DNA of 64,000 bases from a bacterium (GCA_965218795.1 OZ244653.1:96001-160000); one strand, 5' to 3'. Shown: positions 47,168 through 57,765, counted from the stretch's first letter. The notes: generated by a model not told the origin, from the letters alone. Translations and numbers: made by a program.

Positions 47168-48691
47168 ATGACGGGATGGATGTACGATATCGCCCGCGAG
47201 CAGTCGCCTCGCGAGGATCGCGTTCGGGATTTGCTCCTTCAATCGAAAGATGCCGGATACGGCGCTGTTGGGCTGTACCTGGAGCACCGCTACGCCTACC
47301 CTTCGGTTCCTTGGGCGGCCGCCCCCGGTTCCCTGACGCCGGAATTAGTCGGCCGGCTGAGGGCGGACCCCTATCTCTCAGGGCTGCGTATCACCCCGTT
47401 TCTGAATACGCTGGGTCACATGGAAGGCTTCATCCGCGCGGAGGGGGGGCAATGGCTTGCCGAGGGGCCGGGAAAAGGCTTCCTCCAGCTTTGCCCCAGC
47501 CGCCCGGAGTGCGCCGAATTCGCCTGGACCTTGGTATCCGACGCCATGGAAGCCTTCGACGATGAGTGGGTCCACCTGGGAGGCGATGAGGCCCAGCAGC
47601 TGGGTCAATGCCCGCGCTGCGCCGGGCGGATGAAATCGGGCGGCGTGGCGGCGCTATACGGCGATTACTGCGGACGCATCTGTCGCCGGGTTCTCGACAG
47701 CGGCCGAAGGCCGTGCCTGTGGGGCGACATGCTGGCCAAATTCCCCAACGCCCTGAACGAGATTCCCAAGGGGACCGTTATTTTCGATTGGAATTATTCC
47801 GGTTCCCCCGCGGATACGACACGATTGTTCCGGGAGCGGGGCTTCGACGTTGTCTGTTGCCCGGCGGTGCGGACCTATGACGCCGGTTGGTGCTTTCTCG
47901 ACGAGACCCGCAGGGTCATTGATGCGCACGCGGAGGAAGCCCGCCAGCTGGGGGCGCTGGGGGTATGGGTATGCGCTTGGGAGTTTTTCGGGTTCTCCTC
48001 CCTCTCGTCGATTGTTCCCCTGATCCTGGCGGCCGGCCGGCGGATCGAGAATGGAGACGCATGGGCTTCCGCCATCCGGTCCGTGGGAGGGGAGGGGTAT
48101 GCCCGCGCCGCTGAGCTTCTGGGCTCGAAGATCCCGTCCGCCTCCGCGTTTCTGGCCCTGGGGACTTGGCGTTCGCTTCGCGAATCCTTCGTTCTGGGGG
48201 GAAACCCGTTCCGATTGTGGAGCGCCTGGAGAGCGGATGCCTGCGGACCCGCAGGGGACACGATACTCCGGAGGTGTGACGAGGCGGAAGGATTGCTGCC
48301 GGAAGAGAGTCCGCTCCGCTTTCCCGTTGAATTGCACATAGTGGCGGTGGAGTGGGTGCGCCTGGTGGAGGAGGCTTATCGATTCTATTCCGCTGGGAAT
48401 TCAGAGGGTTGTGCCGCGGTGCTCGAGACCGGCCGCTCGTTATTGAATCGCCTGCGTCCGGGGCTTGAGCGCGTGGCATCCGAAGGAGGCTCCTCGGTCG
48501 ATCTCGCGCGACTGGATCGCCTCATCCGGTTTGTCGGGGAGGTGGTGAGTCGATTAGAGAATCTGGGGCGGGATGACCCTTGGCGCCCCGCTTTTGAAAC
48601 GCTCGTGGACGAGGCCTATGTCCCCGGCGATCAGGCGGCCTGGCATTCGAAGTTTGCTCCTTTCCCCCGTATACCCGGCTCGGGGGAATGA
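47168..48691 (+). CDS. Glycoside hydrolase family 20 (beta-N-acetylhexosaminidase-like)
   Basis: MYDIAR, PFLNTLGH, LCPS, VHLGGDE (catalytic DE), WGDM, DWNY. Confidence 0.82.
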   Translation: MTGWMYDIAREQSPREDRVRDLLLQSKDAGYGAVGLYLEHRYAYPSVPWAAAPGSLTPELVGRLRADPYLSGLRITPFLNTLGHMEGFIRAEGGQWLAEGPGKGFLQLCPSRPECAEFAWTLVSDAMEAFDDEWVHLGGDEAQQLGQCPRCAGRMKSGGVAALYGDYCGRICRRVLDSGRRPCLWGDMLAKFPNALNEIPKGTVIFDWNYSGSPADTTRLFRERGFDVVCCPAVRTYDAGWCFLDETRRVIDAHAEEARQLGALGVWVCAWEFFGFSSLSSIVPLILAAGRRIENGDAWASAIRSVGGEGYARAAELLGSKIPSASAFLALGTWRSLRESFVLGGNPFRLWSAWRADACGPAGDTILRRCDEAEGLLPEESPLRFPVELHIVAVEWVRLVEEAYRFYSAGNSEGCAAVLETGRSLLNRLRPGLERVASEGGSSVDLARLDRLIRFVGEVVSRLENLGRDDPWRPAFETLVDEAYVPGDQAAWHSKFAPFPRIPGSGE

Positions 48692-48725
48692 CGGATCCCC
48701 CCAAGCGAGATCATCGAGACGTCTA

Positions 48726-48848
48726 ATGGATTGGGGGACGGAGAAGCAGGAACGGTATAGAACCAGGGATGTCTGTGAGATTTTGGGAATTGCGCCCGAC
48801 GCATTGCGTGGAAAGATTGACTCGGAGCAGTATCCCTTGCCAAGCTAA
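48726..48848 (+). pseudogene. Short excisionase/MerR-type HTH fragment
   Basis: YRTRDVCEILGIAPDALR...QYPLP; only 40 aa. Confidence 0.35.
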
Positions 48849-48938
48849 GGACATGGCGGGGAGGATGTTTTGGACGGAGGAGGAGACTGAGCGTAGTGCA
48901 AATTGAGTCTGACCGGATTGAGTCCCAAGTCCTTAATC

Positions 48939-49060
48939 TGTACGACCAGGTATCTTCCAGAACAGATGATATCTATCAAAAAGGGGGAAGGAGGCCCCCC
49001 GGATGTCTGCCCTAGACAGGCGCCAGCCGTAATCGGTTGATCCGCGCCAAAATGAGGCTG
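48939..49060 (+). mobile_element. Second IS481-type left-end relic
   Basis: TGTACGACCAGGTATCTTCC is identical (inverted) to 40361-40380; followed by an AAGGAGG RBS, ATG 49003 and a degenerate LIRAKMRL. Confidence 0.6.
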
Positions 49061-49713
49061 AACACTTCCCTGGTTTTTGTGCAAGCTCCCCGGTGCGCTT
49101 GATAAATACACTGGATTCATCCGGCGAGAGACCGGGGCGGATTTCGGCCGGACCCCTATCAAGCCACACTCGTCACGATTGCGACCTTGCAATTCGGCGA
49201 TCTGGTGCGCTCGGTCCTTTTGGGTCGGCGGGATGACGAATTTCTCCTCGTTCCGCAAAGCGGTACGTCAGCCGGGAACGCCGTGTTCGGGCTGGACGGA
49301 TCGGATGGACCGGCGCTTGCAGCGATCCAGTTGAAATCCCTGCCTGTCACGCAATTGCCATCATTCGGTAACCGGGTGGCCATAGCATCCAGGGTGTGAG
49401 CGACTTCCCGATTCGCCCTGTCCAAAAGGGTTTTTCTCCATTTGAATTTTCCGGAAACACACAGGACTGTCACAGACCTGGCATAAACGTTCCGTACTCT
49501 CTTTCCTGTAAGAGATAATTCTCATTCTTTGACGGAGGAAAGGGGGTGGTGGGCGGAAAATTCCTTAACGCGGTGTGAGGTTCCGATTCGCCCAGTCGTT
49601 GTCCGTTGACACGATGCGGGGGATTGAAATTCCAAGGAAGGGCCCCGGAGTTCACTCTTGTTCAACCCAAGTCTAAGGATTCAGGCCGCAGACGGCCTGA
49701 ACGGAGGAGAAAG

Positions 49714-50029
49714 ATGCTGAAGAAGCTTTCCATCGCAGTGCTGGCCGCGACCTTTCTGATGGCGGCCGGATCAGGCGTCAAAGCCCAGTGGAAGGTGGAT
49801 CCCCGCCTTCCCTCCTACAAATCCGTGAGTGGTGTTTCCGGAAACCTGAAGTCGATCGGATCGGATACCCTCAACAACCTGATGACTCTTTGGGCGGAAG
49901 GATTCAAGGCCCAATATACCGGACGTGAAGATTGAGATCGAAGGGAAGGGCTCCTCCACGGCCCCGCCCGCGCTGATCGCCGGGACTTCCCATTTTGGGC
50001 CGATGTCCCGTCCACCAATCAGAAGATAG
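49714..50029 (+). pseudogene. pstS: Truncated, frameshifted PstS phosphate-binding protein
   Basis: [37 protein letters not shown], +1 shift near 49918, then [31 protein letters not shown], then stop. Confidence 0.85.
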
Positions 50030-50047
50030 CAGACCCGGGCGAAGAGG

Positions 50048-50527
50048 TCAGCGAACTTCCCCTTCCAGCCAACCCGTTGGCACGCGGACGGCCACAATCT
50101 CTCCCCGGGCCGTCTCCTCCCCGCGCGAATAGAGCGAACATTCCATCACCGTTTTCTTGGGTTTCATTTCGAGTATGCGTCCCCGGAGCGTCACGGGTTC
50201 GGCGACCGCCGAGGGCTTCAGATAAGAAACTCGTAAGGAGCCGGTCACGTACCAGATGGGCGGATCGGAATCGATCGGCCTGCCTTCGGCTCGATAGGCC
50301 GCGGCCACAACCGTGCACAGACAGTGGCAGTCGATCAGTGTGGCAATGACGCCGCCGTTCAGGACGTCTCTGGGCCCGGCCGCGTGATGGGGTTCGGGCT
50401 GCCAGGTGCAGACCGTCTCCTTCCTCTCCCAATAGCTCTTGATCTGAAACCCCTTCGCATTGTGGGGGCCGCATCCGTAACAGTGATTGTTCGATATCGC
50501 CTCCTGAAATGAGAGCGCTTCGGTCAT
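50048..50527 (-). CDS. PaaI/hotdog-fold thioesterase
   Basis: HCYGCGPHN, LNGGVIATLIDCH, VTGSLRVSYLKP. Confidence 0.88.
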   Translation of the reverse strand: MTEALSFQEAISNNHCYGCGPHNAKGFQIKSYWERKETVCTWQPEPHHAAGPRDVLNGGVIATLIDCHCLCTVVAAAYRAEGRPIDSDPPIWYVTGSLRVSYLKPSAVAEPVTLRGRILEMKPKKTVMECSLYSRGEETARGEIVAVRVPTGWLEGEVR

Positions 50528-50726
50528 GATTTCTCCTGGGTCGAGTATGGAATATACTGCCGCGTCATCCGACGGGGTTCGGCGGATCGACGCGCGTGGA
50601 ATCCTGACGACGGAAGTGACAAGATTACTCGACCCCTGATCCAACAGGCAATCGGGATAGCCCGGGAAGGCCGAACGGGCGGCCGGAAATCTGGGGTTCC
50701 CGGCATGAAGGAAGAGGGAGGCGCCA

Positions 50727-52748
50727 TTGAGCGGCTGGCGGGTCGGCGTGGACGTCGGAGGCACCTTTACGGACATTGCCCTGGTGGAGGAGGCGACGGG
50801 CCGGGTCGGCGTCTACAAGGTTCCCACGGTCGTCGGCGAGCCGGTTTCCGGTGTGTTGGACGGAGTGCGGGAAGGACTCCGGGGCGAAGGCCTCGCCCCC
50901 GCGGACGTCATCTACTTCGGCGCAGGATCCACCTTGGCGGTCAATACGATCATTCAGCGGTCCGGAGAACCGATCGGGCTTTTGATCACGGAAGGATTTC
51001 GGGATGTCTTGGAGATCCGTCGAACCCGGCTTCCCGATGCCCCCAGCTTTGAAGCCGCCAGGCCGGTGCCGTTGGTCCGCCGGGCCCACGTCCGGGAGGC
51101 GCGGGAACGGATCAACGCAGACGGGACCGTCCTGCGCCCGCTCGATCCGGATTCCGTGGTGCAAGGGGTCGGGGAGCTCCTCGAGGCCGGCGTCTCGGCT
51201 GTGGCCGTCTGCTTTCTGCATTCCTACATCAATCCGATCCATGAGCGGGAGGCCCAATCGGTCATGGCCGACCGTTGGCCGGATCTCTTCGTCTGCGCGT
51301 CCTGGGAGACGTGGCCCCAGCAGCGAGAATATGAGCGGACGCTGGTATGCGTGATGAACGCCTACATCGGGTCCACCATGCGTTCCTACTACCGGCAGCT
51401 GGAGGAAGGCCTGCGGGCGATGGGGATTGGCTGTCCGATTCTGATCACTCAATCCAACGGCGGGACGGTTTCCATCGGCGAAGCGGTGCGGATACCCGTC
51501 CGCACGATGTTGTCCGGGCCGGCCTCAGGGGTGATGGCGGCCGCCAAGTCCGCGCGGGAATCCGGCGAGGCCAGGCTTTTCACCCTGGACATGGGAGGGA
51601 CCAGCGCCGACATGTCCCTCATCGACGGCCGGCCCCGCGTCAGCGTGGAGAGCACGATCGGGGACTTCCCGCTTTTCCTTCCAGCCGTCGCCATTGAGGC
51701 TATCGGCGCGGGGGGCGGATCGATTGCGTGGGTCGACGGTCACGGGGTTTTGAAGGTGGGCCCTCAGTCGGCGGGGGCCGATCCCGGCCCGGCGTGCTAC
51801 GGCCGCGGCGGCCGGGAGCCGACCGTTACGGACGCCTACCTCATGACGGGCATATTGGGCGAGAATGACCTGCTGGGTGGCCGAATGACGCTTTCCCGGG
51901 CTCGATCGGAAGACGCCCTGGGCGACTTGGGCGAAGCCCTGGGGATGGGGACGGTCCAAGCGGCCGAAGCCATCCTGCGGATCGCAACGGCGAATATGGT
52001 CGCCTCGTTTCTGCCGATGATCGCGCGGTACGGGGTTGACCACCGCGAATACAGCCTCCAGGCCTACGGGGGCGCCGGACCCACCCATGCCTTCCTGCTG
52101 GCAGCCGAGGTGGGCATCCAAAGGCTCATCATCCCCCGTGCGCCGGGGGCGATGTGCGCGGTGGGAGCGGCCGTGTCGGACGTCCAAATGGATTTTGTCC
52201 GCAGCGTCCGCACCGACTTGTCGGATGAGAAGGGGATGGAGGAGGTGTTCTCAGAGATGGAGGAAACCGCCCGGAGGTGGCTCTCCGACCAGGGATTGAA
52301 ACCCGGGACGGCGGAGTTCGAGCGGAGCGCGGATATGCGCTACAAGGGTCAATCCTTTGAGATCATGGTTGGACTGGCCGGGGCCGGAGACTCTCATGAG
52401 GCTTTCCACCGGAGATATGAGGAGACCTTCGGATATCGCGACCCCGACACCGGGATCGAGGTGTTGCAGATCCGGTTGCTCGCCAGGGTGCCGAACCCGA
52501 TGGTCGGCAATGCCTCCTCCTCCCGGTCCGGCGGACCGGACCGGCTGGTACCCGTGGAGACCCGCGAGGTGGCCTATCGGGGGGACCAACTCGCGGTTCC
52601 CGTCTACCGCAGGGCCCAAATCCCCACCGGCCCGCGGCTGTCGGGACCTGCCGTACTTCTTCAGTACGACACGACCGTTTTCGTCACGCCCGGGTTCGCT
52701 TTCTGGGTCGACGCGTCGGGTAATCTTCACGCGGAGGCGGCCGGATGA
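50727..52748 (+). CDS. Hydantoinase A/oxoprolinase family (ATP-binding subunit)
   Basis: DVGGTFTD, REYERT, SGPASG, DMGGTS, IGAGGGSI, GPQSAGADPGPACY, GGAGP. Confidence 0.93.
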   Translation: MSGWRVGVDVGGTFTDIALVEEATGRVGVYKVPTVVGEPVSGVLDGVREGLRGEGLAPADVIYFGAGSTLAVNTIIQRSGEPIGLLITEGFRDVLEIRRTRLPDAPSFEAARPVPLVRRAHVREARERINADGTVLRPLDPDSVVQGVGELLEAGVSAVAVCFLHSYINPIHEREAQSVMADRWPDLFVCASWETWPQQREYERTLVCVMNAYIGSTMRSYYRQLEEGLRAMGIGCPILITQSNGGTVSIGEAVRIPVRTMLSGPASGVMAAAKSARESGEARLFTLDMGGTSADMSLIDGRPRVSVESTIGDFPLFLPAVAIEAIGAGGGSIAWVDGHGVLKVGPQSAGADPGPACYGRGGREPTVTDAYLMTGILGENDLLGGRMTLSRARSEDALGDLGEALGMGTVQAAEAILRIATANMVASFLPMIARYGVDHREYSLQAYGGAGPTHAFLLAAEVGIQRLIIPRAPGAMCAVGAAVSDVQMDFVRSVRTDLSDEKGMEEVFSEMEETARRWLSDQGLKPGTAEFERSADMRYKGQSFEIMVGLAGAGDSHEAFHRRYEETFGYRDPDTGIEVLQIRLLARVPNPMVGNASSSRSGGPDRLVPVETREVAYRGDQLAVPVYRRAQIPTGPRLSGPAVLLQYDTTVFVTPGFAFWVDASGNLHAEAAG

Positions 52749-54781
52749 GCGAAACCTTCGCGCCTCGAACGAAGCCCGACCCCGTCCTCCTTGAAATATT
52801 CCGGTGTCAGTTCCAGGGCATCGTGGAGGAGATGGGCGAGCTGCTGACCCGCTGCGGGCATACCGTCTTTGTCAAGGAAACCCAGGATTTCATCGTTGCC
52901 CTGGTGACGCCCCGGGGAGAGGTGGCGGCCTGCTCCGTGGATGTGGGGATATGGGCGGCGATCGGCCAGAACTTTCAGGCTGTGATCGACGCCGGGGGGC
53001 CTTACCGGCCCGGCGATGTCTGGCTGACCAACGACCCGGAGCAAAGCAGGGGCCTGGTCACCCATCTGCCCGACGCCTTCTGCTGGCGCCCCGTCTACCA
53101 CCAGGGCGAGCTCATCTGCTTCGCAGCCGCCTTCATCCATTGCACGGATGTGGGGGGACTCGCGCCCGGGTCCGTCGCGCCTTCCGCCGTCGACCAGCTT
53201 CAGGAAGGCGTGGTCATTCCGGTGACCCGGCTCGTCGCCGAAGACGAAATGAGGGAGGACATCTTCCGGATCTTCCTGAGGAACAGCCGCATCCCGGACA
53301 AGAACCGGGGGGACATGCTGGCCCTGATCGGAGCACTGAAGCGCGCGGAATTGCGTGTAACCGGCCTCGCCGGGAAGTTCGGCGGGGATGTCTTGAGGAC
53401 TGCCATCAACGACGTTCTGGATTACGCCGAGGCCCAGGCCCGCTCCATGATTCGGGACATCCCGGACGGAGACTATGTGTTCTGGGACTACCTCGAGGGG
53501 GATCTGATGCCGGAGGGCCGTCACGTCCGGATCCGTCTCACCTTGAGGATTCGGGGGGAGGAGATGCTCCTCGACTTCGAGGGCACGGACCCGCAGGTGG
53601 CGGCGGCGTTCAACATCCCTTCGTACAACACGGATGGTCACTATCTCCTGGTCATCGGGGTGGTCAATTTCATGCGAAGTGTCAACCCGGACCTGGTGTA
53701 CAACTCCGGGCTGGTCCGGTCCGTCAAGGTGAACGCGCCACGGGGATCCCTCCTCAATCCCGAGCCCGGAGCGCCCTCCGGAGCCCGACAGGCCACGTTC
53801 TTTCGGGTGGCCGATATTGTTCTTGGCGCCTTGGCGTGCGCCTGGAGGGAGCGGATGCCCGCTGCGGGCTGCGGTCAGGGCGCCATCATGCTGGTGTCCG
53901 CGCCGGACTTCTCCACCGGGACAAATCTGGTGAGCATCGCCCAGCCTCTTGTGGGCGGATCGGGGGCGCGGCCCTTCGACGACGGCACAGAAGGAGTCGA
54001 TTTCGCCACGGGCTTCTACCGGAACATCCCCTCCGAGGTATTGGAGTCGGAGATGCCTGTCCTGGTCGATCAGTACGGGCTCAACCCCGATTCCGGGGGA
54101 CCCGGCCGCATGCGCGGAGGGTGTGGTCTGAGCTATTCCCTTCGGCTTCTTGTGCCCGGCGGGGTAGTGACGGCCCGGGGGTTGGAGCGGTTTCATTTTC
54201 AGCCCTGGGGAAGGGAAGCCGGCCAACCGGGCGACAACGGGCGGGCGCTCCTTCAAACCCCGGGTGAGGACCCGCGGCCCATGGGGAAGATCAATGTGCT
54301 CGAGGTTCCGGCCGGCGGGGTCGTCCACGTCCAGTCGGCCGGCGGTGGCGGCTTCGGCCCACCCTGGGAGCGCGACCCCATGTTCGTGTTGCGCGACGTC
54401 GAGGACGGGCTGGTCGCCTCTGAGAGCGCCGAGGAGGTCTATGGTGTGATCATCCGGGACGGTCGAATCCTGGAAGAGGAGACTGGCAAGCGCCGGCGCC
54501 TGCTTTCCGCTGAGCACGGCGGCGGGCCGCCGGTGGATCCGTTCTCGTTCGGGGCCGACCGGGAGGCGTTCGAGCGGCTTTGGCCGGATGATTTGCAGGT
54601 GGCGGTCAACCGGGCGACAGAGGGGATCCCTGCCGCCATACGGCAGCACGTGCGCTTCGAGACGATGAGGGCCGTGGAGGAGAGCCGGTCGGGACCGGAG
54701 CTGATCGATGAATCATGGCTCAAGGCCAAGGTGAGTGAAATCATCGAAGGGATGAGCCCGCGGTCGACGCACTCCGCTTGA
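52745..54781 (+). CDS. Hydantoinase B/oxoprolinase family with a C-terminal extension
   Basis: NDP, THLPD, HCTDVGG..PGS, QEG, DSGGPGRMRGG, GGGGFGPP. Confidence 0.93.
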   Translation: MSETFAPRTKPDPVLLEIFRCQFQGIVEEMGELLTRCGHTVFVKETQDFIVALVTPRGEVAACSVDVGIWAAIGQNFQAVIDAGGPYRPGDVWLTNDPEQSRGLVTHLPDAFCWRPVYHQGELICFAAAFIHCTDVGGLAPGSVAPSAVDQLQEGVVIPVTRLVAEDEMREDIFRIFLRNSRIPDKNRGDMLALIGALKRAELRVTGLAGKFGGDVLRTAINDVLDYAEAQARSMIRDIPDGDYVFWDYLEGDLMPEGRHVRIRLTLRIRGEEMLLDFEGTDPQVAAAFNIPSYNTDGHYLLVIGVVNFMRSVNPDLVYNSGLVRSVKVNAPRGSLLNPEPGAPSGARQATFFRVADIVLGALACAWRERMPAAGCGQGAIMLVSAPDFSTGTNLVSIAQPLVGGSGARPFDDGTEGVDFATGFYRNIPSEVLESEMPVLVDQYGLNPDSGGPGRMRGGCGLSYSLRLLVPGGVVTARGLERFHFQPWGREAGQPGDNGRALLQTPGEDPRPMGKINVLEVPAGGVVHVQSAGGGGFGPPWERDPMFVLRDVEDGLVASESAEEVYGVIIRDGRILEEETGKRRRLLSAEHGGGPPVDPFSFGADREAFERLWPDDLQVAVNRATEGIPAAIRQHVRFETMRAVEESRSGPELIDESWLKAKVSEIIEGMSPRSTHSA

Positions 54782-54851
54782 GGTGGGAATCGGCGGCCGA
54801 TCAGGTTGCGAGACAATCGGGTCTCTTCCAGAATTGGAGGCGGAGAAGCGA

Positions 54852-55655
54852 ATGAGCAGCGTGAGCGCAAAGCAGATTGAGGCGTTGGCGGGTCGTCTGC
54901 GCGAGGCGGAGGTCTCCGGGGTGCCGTGCGATCCGGTTCGGAACGACCTGCCTGACGGCGACGTCGAATCGGCCTACGCCGTACAAAAGGCCAATACGGA
55001 ACACTGGTTGAAGCAGGGGAGGCGGCTGGTCGGGCGCAAAGTGGGCCTGACCGCCAAAGCGGTTCAGCGGCAATTGGGTGTGGATCAGCCGGATTTCGGC
55101 GTCCTGCTGGCCGACCGGATGATGGGGGACGGAGAGGAAATCCCCGCCGGCCGCGTCCTTCAGCCCCGGGTGGAGGCCGAAATCGCCTTGATCCTTGAAA
55201 ACGGGCTGGAGATGGAGCAGCCGACCCTGGCCGATGTGATTCGCGCCACGGCCTGCGCCGTGCCTGCCATCGAGGTGGTGGCCAGCCGCGTCGCAAACTG
55301 GGACATCCGGATCGTCGATACCATCGCGGATAATGCGTCGTTCGGTTTGTGCGTCCTGGGTGGGCCGCCGAAGTCCCTGGACGGGCTCGACCTCAGGCTG
55401 TGCGGCGTGGTGATGGAACGGCGCGGCGAACCGGTCTCTGTCGGCGCGGGGGCCGCCTGTTTGGGCAATCCCCTCAACGCGGCGGCCTGGCTGGCCGCAA
55501 AAATGGTGGAGGTCGGCATGCCGCTCGGGGCGGGAGATGTGATCATGACGGGCGCGCTGGGACCGATGGTCCCCGTGACCGAAGGAGACGTTTTTGAGGC
55601 GCGGATATCCGGGCTGGGATCCGTCCGCGCCGTTTTCGGAAAAGGGGACGCCTGA
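54852..55655 (+). CDS. mhpD: 2-keto-4-pentenoate hydratase
   Basis: AYAVQ, GRKVGLT...VQRQLGVDQPDFG, PRVEAE, DTIADNAS, GAACLGNPLNA, TGALGPM. Confidence 0.85.
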   Translation: MSSVSAKQIEALAGRLREAEVSGVPCDPVRNDLPDGDVESAYAVQKANTEHWLKQGRRLVGRKVGLTAKAVQRQLGVDQPDFGVLLADRMMGDGEEIPAGRVLQPRVEAEIALILENGLEMEQPTLADVIRATACAVPAIEVVASRVANWDIRIVDTIADNASFGLCVLGGPPKSLDGLDLRLCGVVMERRGEPVSVGAGAACLGNPLNAAAWLAAKMVEVGMPLGAGDVIMTGALGPMVPVTEGDVFEARISGLGSVRAVFGKGDA

Positions 55656-55656
55656 C

Positions 55657-56433
55657 ATGGCCGAGATCGAACGCGTGGCCCGCATCGTGGATGAGGCGGC
55701 CGCGAAGGCGGTAGCGATCCCTCAGCTCAGCCCGGAGCACCCGTTGACCGTGGAGGAGGCTTACAAAGTGCAGGCGGCATCCATCCGGCGCCGGCTGGAC
55801 CGGGGCGAACGCCGCGCAGGCGTCAAGATGGGGTTTACGAGCAAGGCCAAGATGGTCCAGATGGGCGTCGATGACCTGATCTGGGGCCGGCTGACGGACC
55901 GCATGACCGTCGATGACGGCGGGGAAGTCGGGTTTCATTCATTCATCCACCCCCGTGTGGAGCCCGAGATTGCCTTTCTGCTCAAGCGGGACCTGCCGGC
56001 CAAAGTCTCTATGACCGAGGCCATCGCGGCCGTGGAGGCCGTTGCGGCTGCTATGGAGATCATCGATTCCCGCTACAAGGATTTCAAGTTCTCCCTGCCC
56101 GATGTGGTGGCGGACAACACGTCAGCCGCGGGGTTTGTACTGGGGGAATGGCGCGGCGCGGATGTCGACGTCTCCAATCTGGGAATGGTCCTCGAGATTG
56201 ACGGGCGGCCGCAACAGGTAGGATCTTCGGCGGCCATCCTGGGCCATCCGGCGCGTGCGCTGGTTGCGGCTGCGCGCCTCTCGGCCGGAGCGGGAGAGCC
56301 GCTTGAGGCCGGCTGGATCGTCCTCGCCGGCGGGGCCACGGCGGCCGAGGCGCTGAGTCCGGGGGATCATGTTCGGACGATCGCACAGGCGCTGGGTTCT
56401 GTTTCCTTCTCGGTCGCGGATGGAACGGATTGA
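55657..56433 (+). CDS. dmpH: 4-oxalocrotonate (2-oxo-3-hexenedioate) decarboxylase
   Basis: GVKMGFTSKAKMVQMGV, IHPRVEPE, IIDSRYKDFKFSLPDVVADNTS, GSSAAILGHP, AGGATAA. Confidence 0.85.
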   Translation: MAEIERVARIVDEAAAKAVAIPQLSPEHPLTVEEAYKVQAASIRRRLDRGERRAGVKMGFTSKAKMVQMGVDDLIWGRLTDRMTVDDGGEVGFHSFIHPRVEPEIAFLLKRDLPAKVSMTEAIAAVEAVAAAMEIIDSRYKDFKFSLPDVVADNTSAAGFVLGEWRGADVDVSNLGMVLEIDGRPQQVGSSAAILGHPARALVAAARLSAGAGEPLEAGWIVLAGGATAAEALSPGDHVRTIAQALGSVSFSVADGTD

Positions 56434-57191
56434 AACCGGAGAACCGGATCAACCTGTCGGGCCGCATCGCGGTCGTCACCGGCGGGGGAAAAGGCATCGG
56501 CTGCGGAATTGCCGCCCGTCTGCTGGAGTCGGGCGCAACGGTCGTGCTGTGGGACATCGACCCGACGGCTCTCCGGCGGGCGGCGGCGGAGCTTGCGGAA
56601 CTCGGTACGGTTCTTCAGGTCGTGGTGGATGTGTCGCGCCCGGGCTCGGTCGACGTCGCGGCCCGTGACACCCTGGATCGGGCAGGCGTCGTCGATATTC
56701 TGGTGAACAATGCGGGAATTTCCGGCCCGAATTCGCGGGTGTGGGAATACTCGGTGCAGGATTGGCGGCAGGTGATCGACGTCAACCTCATCGGTACGTT
56801 TCATTGCTGCCGGGCCCTGGCGCCGGGGATGCTGGAAAAGGGCAAAGGCCGAATCGTCAACATCGCTTCCATCGCCGGCAAGGAGGGAAACCCGAACGCC
56901 TCGGCCTACAGCGCATCCAAGGCCGGGATCATCGCGTTGACCAAGTCTCTGGGGAAGGAACTGGCGGAGAGCGAGGTCCTCGTCAACTGCGTTACGCCGG
57001 CGGCGGTCGAGACCGACCTCTTCAGGCAAATGACCCCGGAGCACGTGGAATACATGCTGTCGAGGATCCCCATGGGCCGATTCGGAAAGATCGAAGAGGT
57101 GGCGGCGATGGTCGCATGGCTCGCTTCGGACGAGTGCTCCTTCACGACGGGCGGGGTGTTCGATCTCTCGGGCGGCAGGGCGACGTACTAG
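56430..57191 (+). CDS. SDR family oxidoreductase
   Basis: TGGGKGIG, NNAG, YSASK, FDLSGGRATY. Confidence 0.92.
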   Translation: MKPENRINLSGRIAVVTGGGKGIGCGIAARLLESGATVVLWDIDPTALRRAAAELAELGTVLQVVVDVSRPGSVDVAARDTLDRAGVVDILVNNAGISGPNSRVWEYSVQDWRQVIDVNLIGTFHCCRALAPGMLEKGKGRIVNIASIAGKEGNPNASAYSASKAGIIALTKSLGKELAESEVLVNCVTPAAVETDLFRQMTPEHVEYMLSRIPMGRFGKIEEVAAMVAWLASDECSFTTGGVFDLSGGRATY

Positions 57192-57258
57192 GCTTGAAGG
57201 TCACGCCTCCAGTCTGAATTTTCGGATTTTCCCATAGAAATCAAGAAGTTTTCTTTCG

Positions 57259-57415
57259 AGAGTTTTTGCTCCGTTCTTTACGGCAAAGGACGTGGGCGAA
57301 GGATCCGGGCTCGGCTTGCAGATCGTTCAACGCATCGTCACCGAGAGATACGGCGGCGGGACCGCCGTGGACTCCGAACCCGGCGGTACGCGGTTTCATA
57401 TCCGACTGCCGAAAA
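57259..57415 (+). pseudogene. Histidine kinase HATPase_c C-terminal relic
   Basis: [27 protein letters not shown]...GG....[12 protein letters not shown] (F and G2 boxes); no upstream domains. Confidence 0.75.
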
Positions 57416-57765
57416 AGGGGGGGGGCCGGGCTCTGATTTCGGTTCTGTCGGTCAACCGCTGCATCATCAAAAGGCAATGAGAGCGGCGGTACGCGTGTTG
57501 TCGATCCCCCCCGTCTGCGTCTGGAATTCGAATGGATGGAAGCGTGGCCCGGAGAAGACAAATGAGGCGAGAATATCAGCTCCTGCCGGCGCCTGGGAAG
57601 TTCTATCGAAACGTCACCCCGCCGGGCGTCGTCTTGACAGAACCCCGGGGGCAAAGTAGGTTTCTCCAATGGTTTTGCATTTTTCCGATGGCAGCATGAG
57701 ACGCGTTGATCCGGGGGTTCCCCGGGCATGGGGCACTTGGTGGATGATCCCCGGAGGGGAGAGGA

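Noticed and set aside
49555-49620. Pho box upstream of the pstS relic
   Set aside because: Only weak TTAAC/TTGAC half-sites, without 11-bp periodicity.
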